DNA of 64,000 nucleotides, taken from Octopus vulgaris. Its lineage: Eukaryota. The translations under genes and the position numbers were made by a program. Of this stretch, positions 54,901 to 62,929 are shown piece by piece. Each line of letters starts with the position of its first letter. The stretch's first letter is position 1. The notes under the pieces were generated by a model. That model saw only the letters and a list, made by a program, of their open reading frames with translations, made no database searches and had not been told where the DNA came from. The DNA is taken from NCBI GenBank assembly GCA_951406725.2, contig OX597835.1:744001-808000 (forward strand), read 5' to 3'.

Positions 54901-57900
54901 GCAGTTGTCTCAAGTATTTCAAGCGTTTTGGGTGTGAGACTGGAAAATGTTGGCTTCCGATTGGCTGATGTTACACTCACTGTAACCATAACAACAGAGG
55001 ATCTGTTGGAAATAAATTGAAGGCATAAAAATAAGGAGTCAGAGGAAAATAAAATAGAGTTGGTAGGGTGTGAGAGTAATTCACACCAGATCAACATTTA
55101 AGCGGTGAGATGTCCATAAATTGTTACTATCACTACTTACTAAGCCCGTCTTCCAGATCACTGAAATGGCTCAGTTCACTAAATTGAAAACAAGGTTACA
55201 TAAATGAATCTGTTCATTTATGGATCAGTCCACTAAACTGAAAATAGGTACTGCATTGATACAGGGTTGTCATTTGTGAAGCAAGTTGCAGAAATAGATC
55301 GAACCATTTAAGTGAAAAGAGGCATTGCATTAGGTCTATTACCATATAGATGGTAATAGTTTTTTTTAATTGCAAAATGTGGAGGATTTCAATGATAAGC
55401 AAACAATTGTCCAATAAACTGAATCCTTACGCATAAAATAATGGTCTAAGTGGGTGAGTATTCCACAGCTTGAATAAGAGAGGGGGGATGGAGGGAGTGA
55501 GGGAAGGAGAGAGAAGGAGAAAGAGAGTGAAATCAGCACAGAAAATTGTGGTGTCTGTGTTTTGAGGATAGCAAAGGCACCATTCTGTTTATTTTCTGAA
55601 AAGAGGCTGCAAGTGGGACACTGGGACACTCAAGATGTTTAGAGGAACCACTCGAAGGAAGAGAGTGAACAGGAATCTGAAAGAGTTCACATTCATCATA
55701 ACAATGCATGACCACTCATGGCTTTGGTGACAAATCAGGAAAGTCACAAGTTGAGCTGGTCACTGGTTCCCCCTTCCACAGTACAACTTAGATGTGGCAT
55801 CGTCTGGCTTCGACTTGTTCAGTCCAATGAAGGAAAGCCTTCGTGGACAAGGATTTGATGAAACCGATGAGATGAAAGTGGCTATGAAGAAGTGGGTACA
55901 AGTGTGGGTACAAGAGTGGGTACAAGAAGTGGGTACAAGAGTGGGTACAAGAAGTGGGTACAAGTGTGCACACCTGAATATTTTACAAGAAAAAGGGTTT
56001 GAGAGTTGTGTTCAACAATGGCATCAATGTAACGCTTGTGTTGGAGATTATTTGTATGGAGAAGGAATTACTCTAACAACATTAGCAATTTGAATGACCT
56101 ATGTCAATTAATAAAGAGCCATGCCCATTTTTGCATTACTTCTGGTAATACGTGTATGTGTGTGCTCAACTTATATAAGAAACAAACAGAAAATTCCCAC
56201 AAAAGATATGCACGCTGCTTCTTCCTTGTCAAATTATCATTCAAAAGATACAATTTCATACTTTTAATGATATGTGTGTGTGTGTGTGAGTCTGCATGCA
56301 TGTGCATACCAGTATATATCTATACTTCTGTATATATGTATGTGCAAATTAGCCGAATTAGGCTATAAGAAATGCAGTTCAGTTTCATCCAAGGAAGAAG
56401 CACAACTGACGCTATTTTCATAGTCAGGCAAGTACAAGAGAAATACTTAGCTAGGAATAAACCATTACACTTGACATTCTTGATCTAGAAGTAGCCTTTG
56501 ATAGCATACCCCACTGTGTGATATGGTAGGCTCTGAGAAGGTTAGAGATAGAGGAGTGGCTGGTGAAAGCTGTACAGGCCATATACAAAGATGCTTCAGT
56601 GAGAGTTAACCACAAGTACAGCGAAGAATTTGGTGTACAGGTAGGGCTTCATCAAGGATCAGTCCTTAGTCCCCTCCTTTTTATCATTGTTCTTCAGGCC
56701 ATAACAGGAATTCAAGACCAGCAACCCTTGGGAACTACTATATGCTGATGATCTTGCCCTCATAGCAGATTCCATATCAGAGTTAGATGAGTAATTCCAC
56801 GTGTGAAAGCAAAACCCAGAATCTAAGGGCCTTAAGGTTAACACAGCAAAGATTAACATTCTAGTATGCAACGAAACTGTCAGGACCCTATCCCCATCAG
56901 GTAAGTGGCTCTGTTAGATTAATTCTAAGAAAATGTAGACAGGAATTCCATATGGCGTACCCAGTGTAATTATGGACACACAAGAGCTGCAGTGGAATAA
57001 GAAGAAGGTTATCAGAGAAGATAATGTTTGTATGTGGGAGATGCACAGGATCCATAAGAACTATAGAGATTTGGGAAATTAATTCTTTCAAATGCTCTGG
57101 TGGCCCATTTACAGGTAGTAGAGAATTTCTGCCACCCAGGCAACCAAATTTATAGTGGGGGAGGATACACAGAGAGTGTGATAGCTAAAATAAGAAAAGG
57201 ATGGAGGAAATTCTGTTGGACACGAAAGGTTTCTCTCTGTGAGTGAAGGGAAGATTGTATGATGCTTTATACAGACAGAAATTCTACACGGTAGTGAGAT
57301 GTGGGCCCTGAATGCAAAGGACACGTGTCGGTTAGAAAGGAATGAGGGTAGAATGCTCCACTGGATGTGTAATGTAAGCGTACATGTTCGACAGAGGGTC
57401 AGTGTTCTGAGAGAGAAGTTAGGCATAAGAGGAATTGGTTGTTGTGTGCAAGAGAGAAGACTGCGCTGGTTTGATCATGTGAAGTGGATGGATGCCGGCA
57501 GCTTCATAAAAAAGTGCTGATCTCTCAAAGTAGATGGAACATGTACAGGTGGGAGACCCAGGAAAACCTGGGATGAAGTACTAAGGAATGACCTCAGGGC
57601 ACTAAACTTTCAAAGTGACAAAGGACCGAGATGCCTGGCACCTTGCTGCACTCTGCAGCAGAAGTGTTAAGACTGGTCCTTCTGGTGGTGTAAAGTACTC
57701 ATGATGGTACCATATAAAAGTGTCCATGCAGTGCCACATAAAAGTGCCCGTGCAGGGGCCATGTAAAAGCACCTATACTGTGCCACATAAAAGTGCCCAT
57801 GTGGTGCCTCACAAAAGCACCCAGCACACTCTGTAAGTGGTTGGCATTAGGAAGGGCATCCAGCTGCAGTAACCATTCCAAATTAGACTGGAATCTGGTG

Positions 57901-57967
57901 CAGCTCCGCAGCTTTCTAGCTCTGGTCAAACCATCCACCCCAAACCATCATGGGCAATGGACGTTAA

Positions 57968-58036
<69 letters not shown>

Positions 58037-58274
58037 TATGAGTGTGAGCCTTTGTGGATCATTGTGTATGTATGTATGTGTGTCTATATACCTTTATGTG
58101 TATGTATGTATGTAGGTTTACATATGTCTGTATAAGTGTGCGTGTGAACTTACCAATGAAGGTGTATGTGTACTTGTGTCTTTGGAATACTCAGCCATTT
58201 GCACTGTATTCAGTTCAGTTGATTGAAAAGCTTTATCAGTTTCATTGTCGAAACTGATAAAGATCTATTTACTT

Positions 58275-58313
<39 letters not shown>

Positions 58314-59090
58314 AGTGTGCCTATATATATTTACCATGTGCTTGTTGTTATGGGCATATATATACATATACACACATGTGGACATAAATATTCCATAAAT
58401 TTGTTTATTACAATAACAGCAATAGCAACAAAGACAAAAACCATACGGGCAAATGAAGGAAGGAACCTCAGGATTATTCAAAGCAGCTGGAGCAACTTGC
58501 AATAAACAGCAAACCCACCCAAGGGCTCTGCTTGGTCCTTTCATACAAACTCCCTGTTTTAAAGAAACCTAAATAAAAAGTATCCATCAAAATATGTTAA
58601 ATTACATGACTTTTGTCCTTGGGGTCAGCAACTAATATTTCCCATTTGCTGATCCCTAGAAAGTATGAAAAATCACAAATATTTCCTTCAAATTTTGCTT
58701 TTTTTTTACATAAAAAATTAACGTTTTGTTACAGTGTTACTAACAACCAGCTTCTTAATAATGTGAAAGTTATTTTACTAAATACTTCATTATTTTCAAA
58801 ATAAATTGAAACAAAGCCAATGTGTTTCCATAAAAAGAGTTACATAAAAAAAAACTCTTTAAAAATTAAGATAATGAAATGAAGCAAACAGTAAACACGA
58901 AGAATAAAAAATACCTTGGATTAGTTGCTCCATCATGGCCAATGACAGTAAAGTTGTAACTGCCTGTTTGCAAGGTACCAAAGACAGAAAGATCGCCAGA
59001 CACTGAATCAATTTTGAAGGGGACATTCTTAGGAATTATCTCATAAGTTACTTTGCCATTTATACTTTTGTCCTCATCTGTAGCTCTTAT
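4564..59090 (-). CDS. Large atypical cadherin-superfamily gene, internal part: 21 exons, ~1358 aa, ~13 EC repeats; gene continues beyond both ends
   Basis: All 21 exons have AG/GT boundaries and join in frame without stops. Cadherin motifs recur (ATDxD, DxNDNxPxF, FxIDxxTG, LDY/FE). Confidence 0.93.
4811..4982 (-). CDS. Cadherin exon 20 ([27 protein letters not shown]...ATDADS)
   Basis: tgtccag / gtaaga, 172 nt, phase 0 to 1; canonical DxND and ATDxD motifs. Confidence 0.93.
5268..5437 (-). mobile_element. tRNA-derived SINE family B, partial copy
   Basis: Matches 40238-40470 (GTTCTGAGTTCAAATTC...GTCGACTTTGCCTTTCATCC...GTGGGCAGTAAAGAAATAA). Confidence 0.75.
6950..7170 (-). mobile_element. 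tRNA-derived SINE family B, older variant
   Basis: Shares the AAAGGATGAAAGGC...TTGAACTCAGAA core; related copies at ~26620-26840, ~36305-36525 and ~13790-13885. Confidence 0.65.
7314..7415 (-). CDS. Cadherin exon 19 ([34 protein letters not shown])
   Basis: tttaccag / gtaagg, 102 nt, phase 0 to 0; continues FTIDSKS|GILRT. Confidence 0.9.
9072..9298 (-). mobile_element. tRNA-derived SINE family B, near full length
   Basis: Reverse complement matches 40238-40470; B-box-like GAGTTCAAATTCC. Confidence 0.8.
9933..11183 (-). CDS. Cadherin exon 18, large 1251-nt exon encoding about 4 EC repeats
   Basis: ORF 9867..11222 with [27 protein letters not shown] and AVDHD motifs; ttttcag / gtgagt, phase 0 to 0. 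Confidence 0.96.
11463..11751. mobile_element. Putative hAT-type MITE
   Basis: CAGTGGCAGAC start and GTCCACCAC end form imperfect TIRs; internal GGGCCC motifs. Confidence 0.4.
12796..12914 (-). CDS. Cadherin exon 17 ([19 protein letters not shown]...[13 protein letters not shown])
   Basis: catacag / gtaaga, 119 nt, phase 1 to 0. Confidence 0.87.
13377..13555 (+). mobile_element. tRNA-derived SINE family A, 5' half
   Basis: GGTGCAGGCATGGCTGTGTGGTAAG (A-box) and GGGTTCAATTCC (B-box); matches 41383-41795. Confidence 0.8.
14277..14439 (-). CDS. Cadherin exon 16 ([16 protein letters not shown]...FEIQNNGNV...MIVADN)
   Basis: tgtctcag / gtaagt, 163 nt, phase 0 to 1. Confidence 0.9.
15590..16802 (+). 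mobile_element. 5'-truncated RTE-clade LINE (ORF C-terminus, 3'UTR, (GAT)n tail)
   Basis: [34 protein letters not shown] and GRGRPRKTW motifs typical of the RTE ORF2 C-terminus (ORF 15810..16265). Confidence 0.9.
17264..17479. mobile_element. piggyBac-like MITE, degenerate copy of 54203-54452
   Basis: CCTTTAGCATTTAAACC...GAATGCTGAAGCGTTA; internal homology to 54203-54452. Confidence 0.6.
17776..18014 (-). CDS. Cadherin exon 15 ([19 protein letters not shown]...VSDKHLSD...NQFVTS)
   Basis: ttttgcag / gtaaat, 239 nt, phase 1 to 0. Confidence 0.92.
19343..19509 (-). CDS. Cadherin exon 14 ([17 protein letters not shown]...[18 protein letters not shown])
   Basis: cttacag / gtaagg, 167 nt, phase 2 to 1. 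Confidence 0.92.
19650..19798 (+). mobile_element. tRNA-derived SINE family A, 5' half
   Basis: Matches 41383-41540. Confidence 0.75.
20579..20691 (-). CDS. Cadherin exon 13 ([13 protein letters not shown]...[13 protein letters not shown])
   Basis: ttttgcag / gtaaag, 113 nt, phase 0 to 2. Confidence 0.9.
21007..21513 (+). mobile_element. Internally deleted mariner element
   Basis: TIRs TACAAGGTCTGGTCAAAAAGTATC / ATACTTTTTGATCAGATCTCATA; transposase C-terminal remnant [12 protein letters not shown]. Confidence 0.75.
21514..21910 (-). mobile_element. RTE LINE 3' end copy
   Basis: Reverse complement of 16370-16802, with (CAT)n at the left end. Confidence 0.82.
22446..22546 (-). CDS. Cadherin exon 12 ([34 protein letters not shown])
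   Basis: ttttccag / gtaaaa, 101 nt, phase 1 to 0. Confidence 0.9.
23796..23865. mobile_element. Orphan mariner terminal fragment
   Basis: TATGAGGTGGTATCAAAATGTTCCCGGACTATTTCTGTAGCA matches the reverse complement of 33060-33120. Confidence 0.55.
24001..24112 (-). CDS. Cadherin exon 11 ([11 protein letters not shown]...[15 protein letters not shown])
   Basis: ttgaag acceptor (AAG) / gtgagt, 112 nt, phase 0 to 1. Confidence 0.85.
24925..25225. repeat. Degenerate ~24-bp tandem repeat (AGTTTAGTTAATCYAGTCTGGTC)
   Basis: Recurring motif seen directly. Confidence 0.6.
26210..26384 (-). CDS. Cadherin exon 10 ([10 protein letters not shown]...[19 protein letters not shown]...ITFK)
   Basis: ttgtag / gtaagt, 175 nt, phase 2 to 0. 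Confidence 0.92.
26920..29430 (+). mobile_element. Decayed R4/Dong-clade non-LTR retrotransposon (RT domain, 3'-truncated)
   Basis: Motifs [54 protein letters not shown] and [13 protein letters not shown]; multiple stops; begins after an (AAT)n run. Confidence 0.88.
29668..29756 (-). CDS. Cadherin exon 9 ([29 protein letters not shown])
   Basis: ttaatag / gtatgg, 89 nt, phase 0 to 2; DxNxxxPxF linker. Confidence 0.9.
30150..30900 (+). mobile_element. Tx1/L1-type LINE 3' fragment (zf-RVT)
   Basis: ORF 30312..30812 with W...DALP and the CPRC...[10 protein letters not shown] zinc knuckle. Confidence 0.8.
31772..31984 (-). CDS. Cadherin exon 8 ([16 protein letters not shown]...MKVEIYFK)
   Basis: tgttcag / gtaaga, 213 nt, phase 0 to 0. 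Confidence 0.9.
32278..33120 (-). mobile_element. Decayed mariner transposon
   Basis: [14 protein letters not shown] (mariner YSPDLAPSD motif); imperfect TIRs TAAGAGGTGATATCAAAAG / CTTATTGATGCCACCTTTTA. Confidence 0.8.
33440..34296 (+). mobile_element. Decayed Chapaev-like (CMC) DNA transposase fragment
   Basis: [49 protein letters not shown] and MLAGYHWML motifs. Confidence 0.7.
34708..34945 (-). CDS. Cadherin exon 7 ([17 protein letters not shown]...[13 protein letters not shown]...VQED)
   Basis: ttcag / gtgcgt, 238 nt, phase 2 to 0. Confidence 0.92.
34986..35170 (-). mobile_element. Old RTE-tail repeat copy
   Basis: CATCATCAACATCGT...GGCTGGACGTTCTTCC, a diverged version of the (GAT)n-tailed family. 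Confidence 0.55.
35753..35990 (+). mobile_element. tRNA-derived SINE with V/Meta-domain-like core
   Basis: A-box TGGCCGAGTCG, B-box GGTTCGAAT, central GACGGACTGGCATCCCATACAGG...GAAACCGG, (AAC)-rich tail. Confidence 0.65.
37634..37947. repeat. (CT)-rich ~24-bp minisatellite CTATCCCTCTGTCTCTCTCTCKCT
   Basis: About 12 units seen directly. Confidence 0.9.
39505..39628. repeat. Near-perfect inverted repeat (palindrome)
   Basis: 39-bp arms ATTTCCACTTATTTCTTATTTTTATTTTCCTAAAATTTT are exact reverse complements; pairing extends inward imperfectly. Confidence 0.9.
40090..40770 (+). mobile_element. SINE family A interrupted by a nested SINE family B (40238-40470)
   Basis: Both halves match 41383-41795; the insert is flanked by the duplication AGAAACTGAAAG. 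Confidence 0.85.
40874..40923 (-). CDS. Cadherin exon 6, 50-nt mini-exon ([16 protein letters not shown])
   Basis: ttgttgtag / gtaagt, phase 0 to 2; ATDxD motif. Confidence 0.88.
41383..41795 (+). mobile_element. Full-length tRNA-derived SINE family A
   Basis: GGCGCAGGAGTGGCTGTGTGGTAAG A-box, GGGTTCATTCCC B-box, internal TA/TG microsatellite, 3' GACTGAAACAAGTAAAAGAG. Confidence 0.85.
41989..42117 (-). CDS. Cadherin exon 5 ([20 protein letters not shown]...[16 protein letters not shown])
   Basis: ttcacag / gtaagt, 129 nt, phase 0 to 0. Confidence 0.9.
42440..43610 (-). mobile_element. Decayed mariner transposon
   Basis: TIRs ATGAGGTTTGGCTGAAAAGTTCATAGGCTGA / TCAGCCTACAAACGTTTTCACCTATCCTCAT; ORF remnant [13 protein letters not shown]...GIVFIDYL...TINREYY. 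Confidence 0.82.
43905..45376. repeat. 39/40-bp minisatellite, ~37 copies (GAATAAAATATTGCTTTTATCTATACTAATTTCATGTAT)
   Basis: Near-identical head-to-tail units without spacers. Confidence 0.97.
45478..45650 (-). mobile_element. RTE reverse transcriptase fragment
   Basis: [31 protein letters not shown], homologous to 56670-56830. Confidence 0.75.
46227..46317 (-). CDS. Cadherin exon 4 ([30 protein letters not shown])
   Basis: cacttag / gtaagt, 91 nt, phase 2 to 0; completes the EC repeat begun in exons 2-3. Confidence 0.82.
46711..46943 (+). mobile_element. RTE LINE 3' end copy with (GAT)n tail
   Basis: Matches 16570-16802. Confidence 0.82.
48386..48488 (-). ncRNA. Candidate Penelope-type minimal hammerhead ribozyme
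   Basis: Minus strand reads CUGAAGA, stem II (ugacuguaacca/ugguacagcca), GAAA, palindromic CGAUCG, then UA (GUA cleavage triplet). Stem I is weak. Confidence 0.5.
48812..48945 (-). mobile_element. RTE 3'UTR fragment
   Basis: Matches 21727-21860. Confidence 0.65.
49177..49259 (-). CDS. Cadherin exon 3 ([27 protein letters not shown])
   Basis: ttttacag / gttagt, 83 nt, phase 0 to 2. Confidence 0.9.
49330..50620 (+). mobile_element. Decayed Penelope-like retroelement (RT region)
   Basis: LYRDNALA (YRDDGL-like), NILDVILDL and YIHKYSNHP motifs; many lesions. Confidence 0.7.
50815..51447 (+). mobile_element. CR1-clade LINE 3' fragment
   Basis: [23 protein letters not shown] and [14 protein letters not shown] motifs; (ATT)n-like tail. 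Confidence 0.82.
51709..53485. repeat. 38-bp minisatellite, ~46 copies (AAACATGAGGGGCTAAGCCAGCCTGTTAATCAACATGC) with 37- and 41-bp variants
   Basis: Head-to-tail units, no unique spacers. Confidence 0.97.
54203..54452. mobile_element. piggyBac-like MITE
   Basis: TTAA-TCCTTTAGCATT ... AATGCTAAAGGG-TTAA: TIRs with a TTAA target duplication. Confidence 0.72.
54873..55002 (-). CDS. Cadherin exon 2 ([19 protein letters not shown]...[16 protein letters not shown])
   Basis: tccaacag / gtaagt, 130 nt, phase 2 to 0; lies within ORF 54855..55097. Confidence 0.9.
55260..56155 (+). mobile_element. Decayed mariner transposon fragment
   Basis: [27 protein letters not shown]...QQWHQC...GDYL, the mariner transposase C-terminus. 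Confidence 0.7.
56368..58036 (+). mobile_element. Decayed RTE LINE: RT, Cys-rich insert, C-terminus, 3'UTR and long (GAT)n tail
   Basis: [47 protein letters not shown] and GRPRKTW motifs. Confidence 0.88.
58915..59090 (-). CDS. Cadherin exon 1 in window ([16 protein letters not shown]...[10 protein letters not shown]...GHDGATNP)
   Basis: ttgcaaacag acceptor, gtattt donor, 176 nt, phase 0 to 2; ATDxD motif. Not in the ORF track. Confidence 0.9.
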
Positions 59091-59211
59091 CTGTTTGCAA
59101 TAAAAAAGAGATGAGAGGAGGTGAAATAAGATGATGATAATATTCTCTCATAAAGCCATAAGGACACAGACTTTGTACAGGAGTATAACCAATTCTGCCA
59201 ATCTCAGCACA

Positions 59212-59580
59212 TCTCTCTCTATATATAAAGCTGAAGTTGTCTGTGTGTGGCAGGTGTTGGTAGCCTTCAACTAACACTATCTTCTCCGAGACCCTGCGAT
59301 GCAAGTTGACCAAAATTGAGACTATGATAGAAGAAAAAATTCAAATCGGACCATGTTAATACCAAAATTTATTTATATCAAAAAGGTGCTTTTTTTCTAT
59401 GAAAATCCCTATTTTTTATAATTTTTTTACTGCTGTGTCGCCAATTTTTGGTGTATTTCAACCAGAAAAATGTTCACTAAAAGAGAATAACAAGCTACAT
59501 AATGCAAAATTTTTACTTTTCAAAAATTTCAATTCTAAAGGGTCGAAACAAACCCAAGCAATGCCGGGTGATACTGCTAG
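59212..59580 (+). mobile_element. Non-autonomous Helitron
   Basis: 5' TCTCTCTCTATATATAAAG; 3' hairpin ACCCAAGCAATGCCGGGT then CTAG followed by T. Confidence 0.7.
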
Positions 59581-59589
59581 TAAATGATA

Positions 59590-60181
59590 GTTTTAAAGTA
59601 CAGAAATTTCCTCAGCTGCCTATTGTAGCCTTTAGATGGAATAAAAATATAAGAGATCTATTGACCTCTATTTCTGACTCCAAGGAGTAACATTGTAGTA
59701 TCTGCATGCCGCTGTACTTTAAAAAACAGCCACAAGAGAGGTAAGGCCTGTTCATTGAGCAGCGACTTGAGTCAAGTGAATTCCATCAGGAATCATAACA
59801 GAAATGTTATGATTTATACAGAAGGTGGGAACATGTAGAGATTCCCATTTGGAGTACATGGCAGAATACATGAAACACAACCTGAGTTATGTTGGTTGTA
59901 CAACAGAACAATTAAGCAAAAGATTTAATGGGCACAGATTCAACGTCAGGCACAATAACAGTAGTTCGACAGAACTTGCTGAACATTTTTTTTCAAACGA
60001 CTGCAATTTTGAAGAAGACTTGAAAGTGCATATTCTCAGAAAATATTCTGAATTTGCTTCCCTTTCACTTCTCAGAATGTATGAGGACAAATACGTTTGC
60101 AGGTTGTTAACATCACGCCCTGGAGGAATGAATAAAATGACAGGAGAATATCATCAAATTCACACAAAACAGTTTGATTGA
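59590..60181 (+). mobile_element. Penelope-like element, GIY-YIG endonuclease remnant
   Basis: YVGCTTEQLSKRFNGHR...ELAEHF...PGGMN in ORF 59825..60181. Confidence 0.8.
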
Positions 60182-60549
60182 ATATTCTTCTTTCTCCTTT
60201 CCATTTTATCTCTCAGGTTTTTTTCTTTTGTCTGCTATAAAATTGAAACTTAAAAACTGATGATGTCATTCCATCAATGTGTGGATGCTGGTTGCTCTCA
60301 TTTATACTTTAGATTTGAATTTCTATCATTTTGAAATTTTATCACTTTTTATTTTATCGTTCAACCAATAAAATATCTATTGCAATTGCATCATGCTCTT
60401 CGTTTTGTCTGTTTACCTTTGTGAAGAGTTACATCAATCCTTTTAAAATAATAATAGAAGGTGGTAGAGACCTTATACAGCTGGAAAACTATTATAAAAT
60501 AACCACCATAGGACTGCAAATTTACCTACTTCAGAAGCGAGGAAACTAA

Positions 60550-61585
60550 TACAAATAGCCACAAAACACAAGCAAAACAAAAAACTATTTCAGTATTTAA
60601 GGAAGCTGACAAATACAAACAAGAAATCATACTACTTAACAAATATGTAGAAGAAGAAAAACAAAAGCTATAAAACAAATGAAATCCAAACTAAAACTAG
60701 AACAGCAATGGACCATGATAAAACGATGGCAAGAAAAGCACTTTCATGGTAAATACTGGGCTAAACTAAATGCAAAAGAAATAGACAGAGAAAATTCCCA
60801 GCAATGGCTGAGAAGCTCAGGACTCAAAGCAAAGACAGAGGGATTTTTAATTGCAGCACAAGACCAAAGCCTCCCCACCAGAAATTACCAAAAACATGTA
60901 ATGAAAAAAAATATAACAAGTAACTGCAGAATATGTGGAGATGGAGAAGAAACAATAAATCATATTGTCTCTGGCTGCACAGTCCTGGCTAAGAAGGAAT
61001 ATATTCACAGACACGACAGAGTTGGGACCTATATACACTGGAAGCTATGCCAACACTGTGGAATGACAACAGCAAAAAGATGGTATAGGCACAAGCCAGA
61101 AAAGGTCACAGAAAACGAGAAAGCAACCATATTCTGGGATATGCCAATACACATAGATAAAGAAACTAAGGTCAATAAGATCACCAAGAAAAAAAATGCT
61201 TTCTAATCGATGTATCAATATACCAACAGATGACGATGTTTCACTAAAAAAAATAGAGAAACCTTCAAAATACAAAGACCTGGAAATAGAGGTAACTCGA
61301 ATGTGGAATCTAAAAACAGAAACAATTCCTATCATAGTAGGTGCATTAGGCATGATAAAAAAATATTCAGACAAATACATAACAAGAACACCAGGACTTA
61401 CAAATATATATAACATACAGAAAATCGCAATACTGGGCACTGCACACATCCAACACAAAACACTTTCAATACAGTAACCATAAGAGCATCACAGCAAACC
61501 ACAGCACACACCCTAGGCACACAGAGCTGCGCTCGGTGGTGAAGTGAAAGCACATTATAAAAATAAAACTACTGAATAATAATAA
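60550..61585 (+). mobile_element. R4/Dong non-LTR retrotransposon 3' fragment (CCHC finger and RLE endonuclease)
   Basis: AAQDQSL, CRICGDGEETINHIVSGC, YIHRHD, KYKDL and PIIVGALG motifs; ends in AATAATAAT. Confidence 0.88.
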
Positions 61586-61649
61586 CAACAACAACAACAA
61601 TCCTTTCTACTAAAGGCACAAGGCCTGAAATTTTGGAGGAGGGGACACA

Positions 61650-62730
61650 GATCATCTTTACCTTCCCAGAGCTCAAAGAAGTTGAGGCTTGATCCAATTT
61701 GAAATCTCTTACAAAACTACCACAACTGAACTGGCAAAATTATGTTGAAACATCTAACGACTGGATGCTAAAATTCATTGAAAACCACAAGAGATGTAAG
61801 AAGGTTCATTCTGTTATGAAGGAGTGCAAAAGATTTTCAAGTGAGTTCATGCATAATGCCAAGGTTGAACAGCATGATGGAAGTGCAGCAGCTGCAGTTG
61901 CAAAGAAGGTGAAAGTAATAGCAGAGCAAAATGCATTTGAACAATTGGCTGATAGGTGAGAAGGAAAATCTCTGCATGGCAAATATGTGGCCCATAGCAA
62001 ACAAGCTGATGTAAACCAGCAGCACACCTATCAGTGCCTATGAAGCTCAGGGCTAAAGTCAGAGAGCAAAGGTTTAATCTTGGCTGCTCAAGATCAGAGC
62101 TTATTGACCTGGAACTATCAAGTCAATGTGATGAAAAATGGAGTAGACCCAAAGTGCTAATACTGCAATGATGGAAGTGAAACAGTGGACCTATAGAGTA
62201 TAAATCAAGACATGACAGTTAATGGACCTGTAGAGTATAGATCAAGACACAACAGAGTTGGCCAATATCTACACTGGATAATATGTCAGCATTATAAAAT
62301 CAAAACTGCTGACAAATGGTATATACACCACCCTGAGGCTGTAACTGGGGGAGTAAATATAACAACCCTTTGGGACTTTCCAGTATGCACAGACCGGACC
62401 ATCAAAGCTAATAAACCAGATATTGTTGTGAAAGGCCAAAACAAAAAAGTCTGTTTATTGATTGACATGAGGAGCATACCGTGTGATCATAATATCTCGG
62501 CAAAAGGTTTTGACAAGCTCAGAAAATATAAAGATTTGTTTATCAAAATTGAAAAGATATGGCACCTCAAGCTGGTTACAATATCAGTGATTGTAGGAGC
62601 ACTTGGAATGATAAAAAAAAAAGAACTGAAAATTATTTGAGAATGGCCCCTGGCTTACCATCTATGCAGGAAGTGCAAAAGATTGTCTTAACTGATACAT
62701 CACATGTACTGAGAAGAGCACTGTCATTTT
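61650..62730 (+). mobile_element. Second R4/Dong 3' fragment (different subfamily)
   Basis: AAQDQSL, YRSRHNRV, WDFPVCTD, KPDIVV, KYKDL and VIVGALG motifs. Confidence 0.82.
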
Positions 62731-62929
62731 CTTTTTTTTCCCCCTTTAATTTCTTTGTTTACTTTTTTATTTCTATTTTTTATCTTTTCTTTCTCTTTCC
62801 TCCCCTTTTTCTCTGTCACATGACTTTGTAAATGAACAATCTGATGTCTTTATTTTAATGACCTACCAATGTATACACTCTACAGGAACATGCTCAGAAC
62901 AGGACTGTTTGCTTGGGCCACAGTTACCA

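Noticed and set aside
60255-60300. CTGATGA downstream of the Penelope GIY-YIG ORF as a hammerhead
   Set aside because: No GAAA or stem III follows at a suitable distance.
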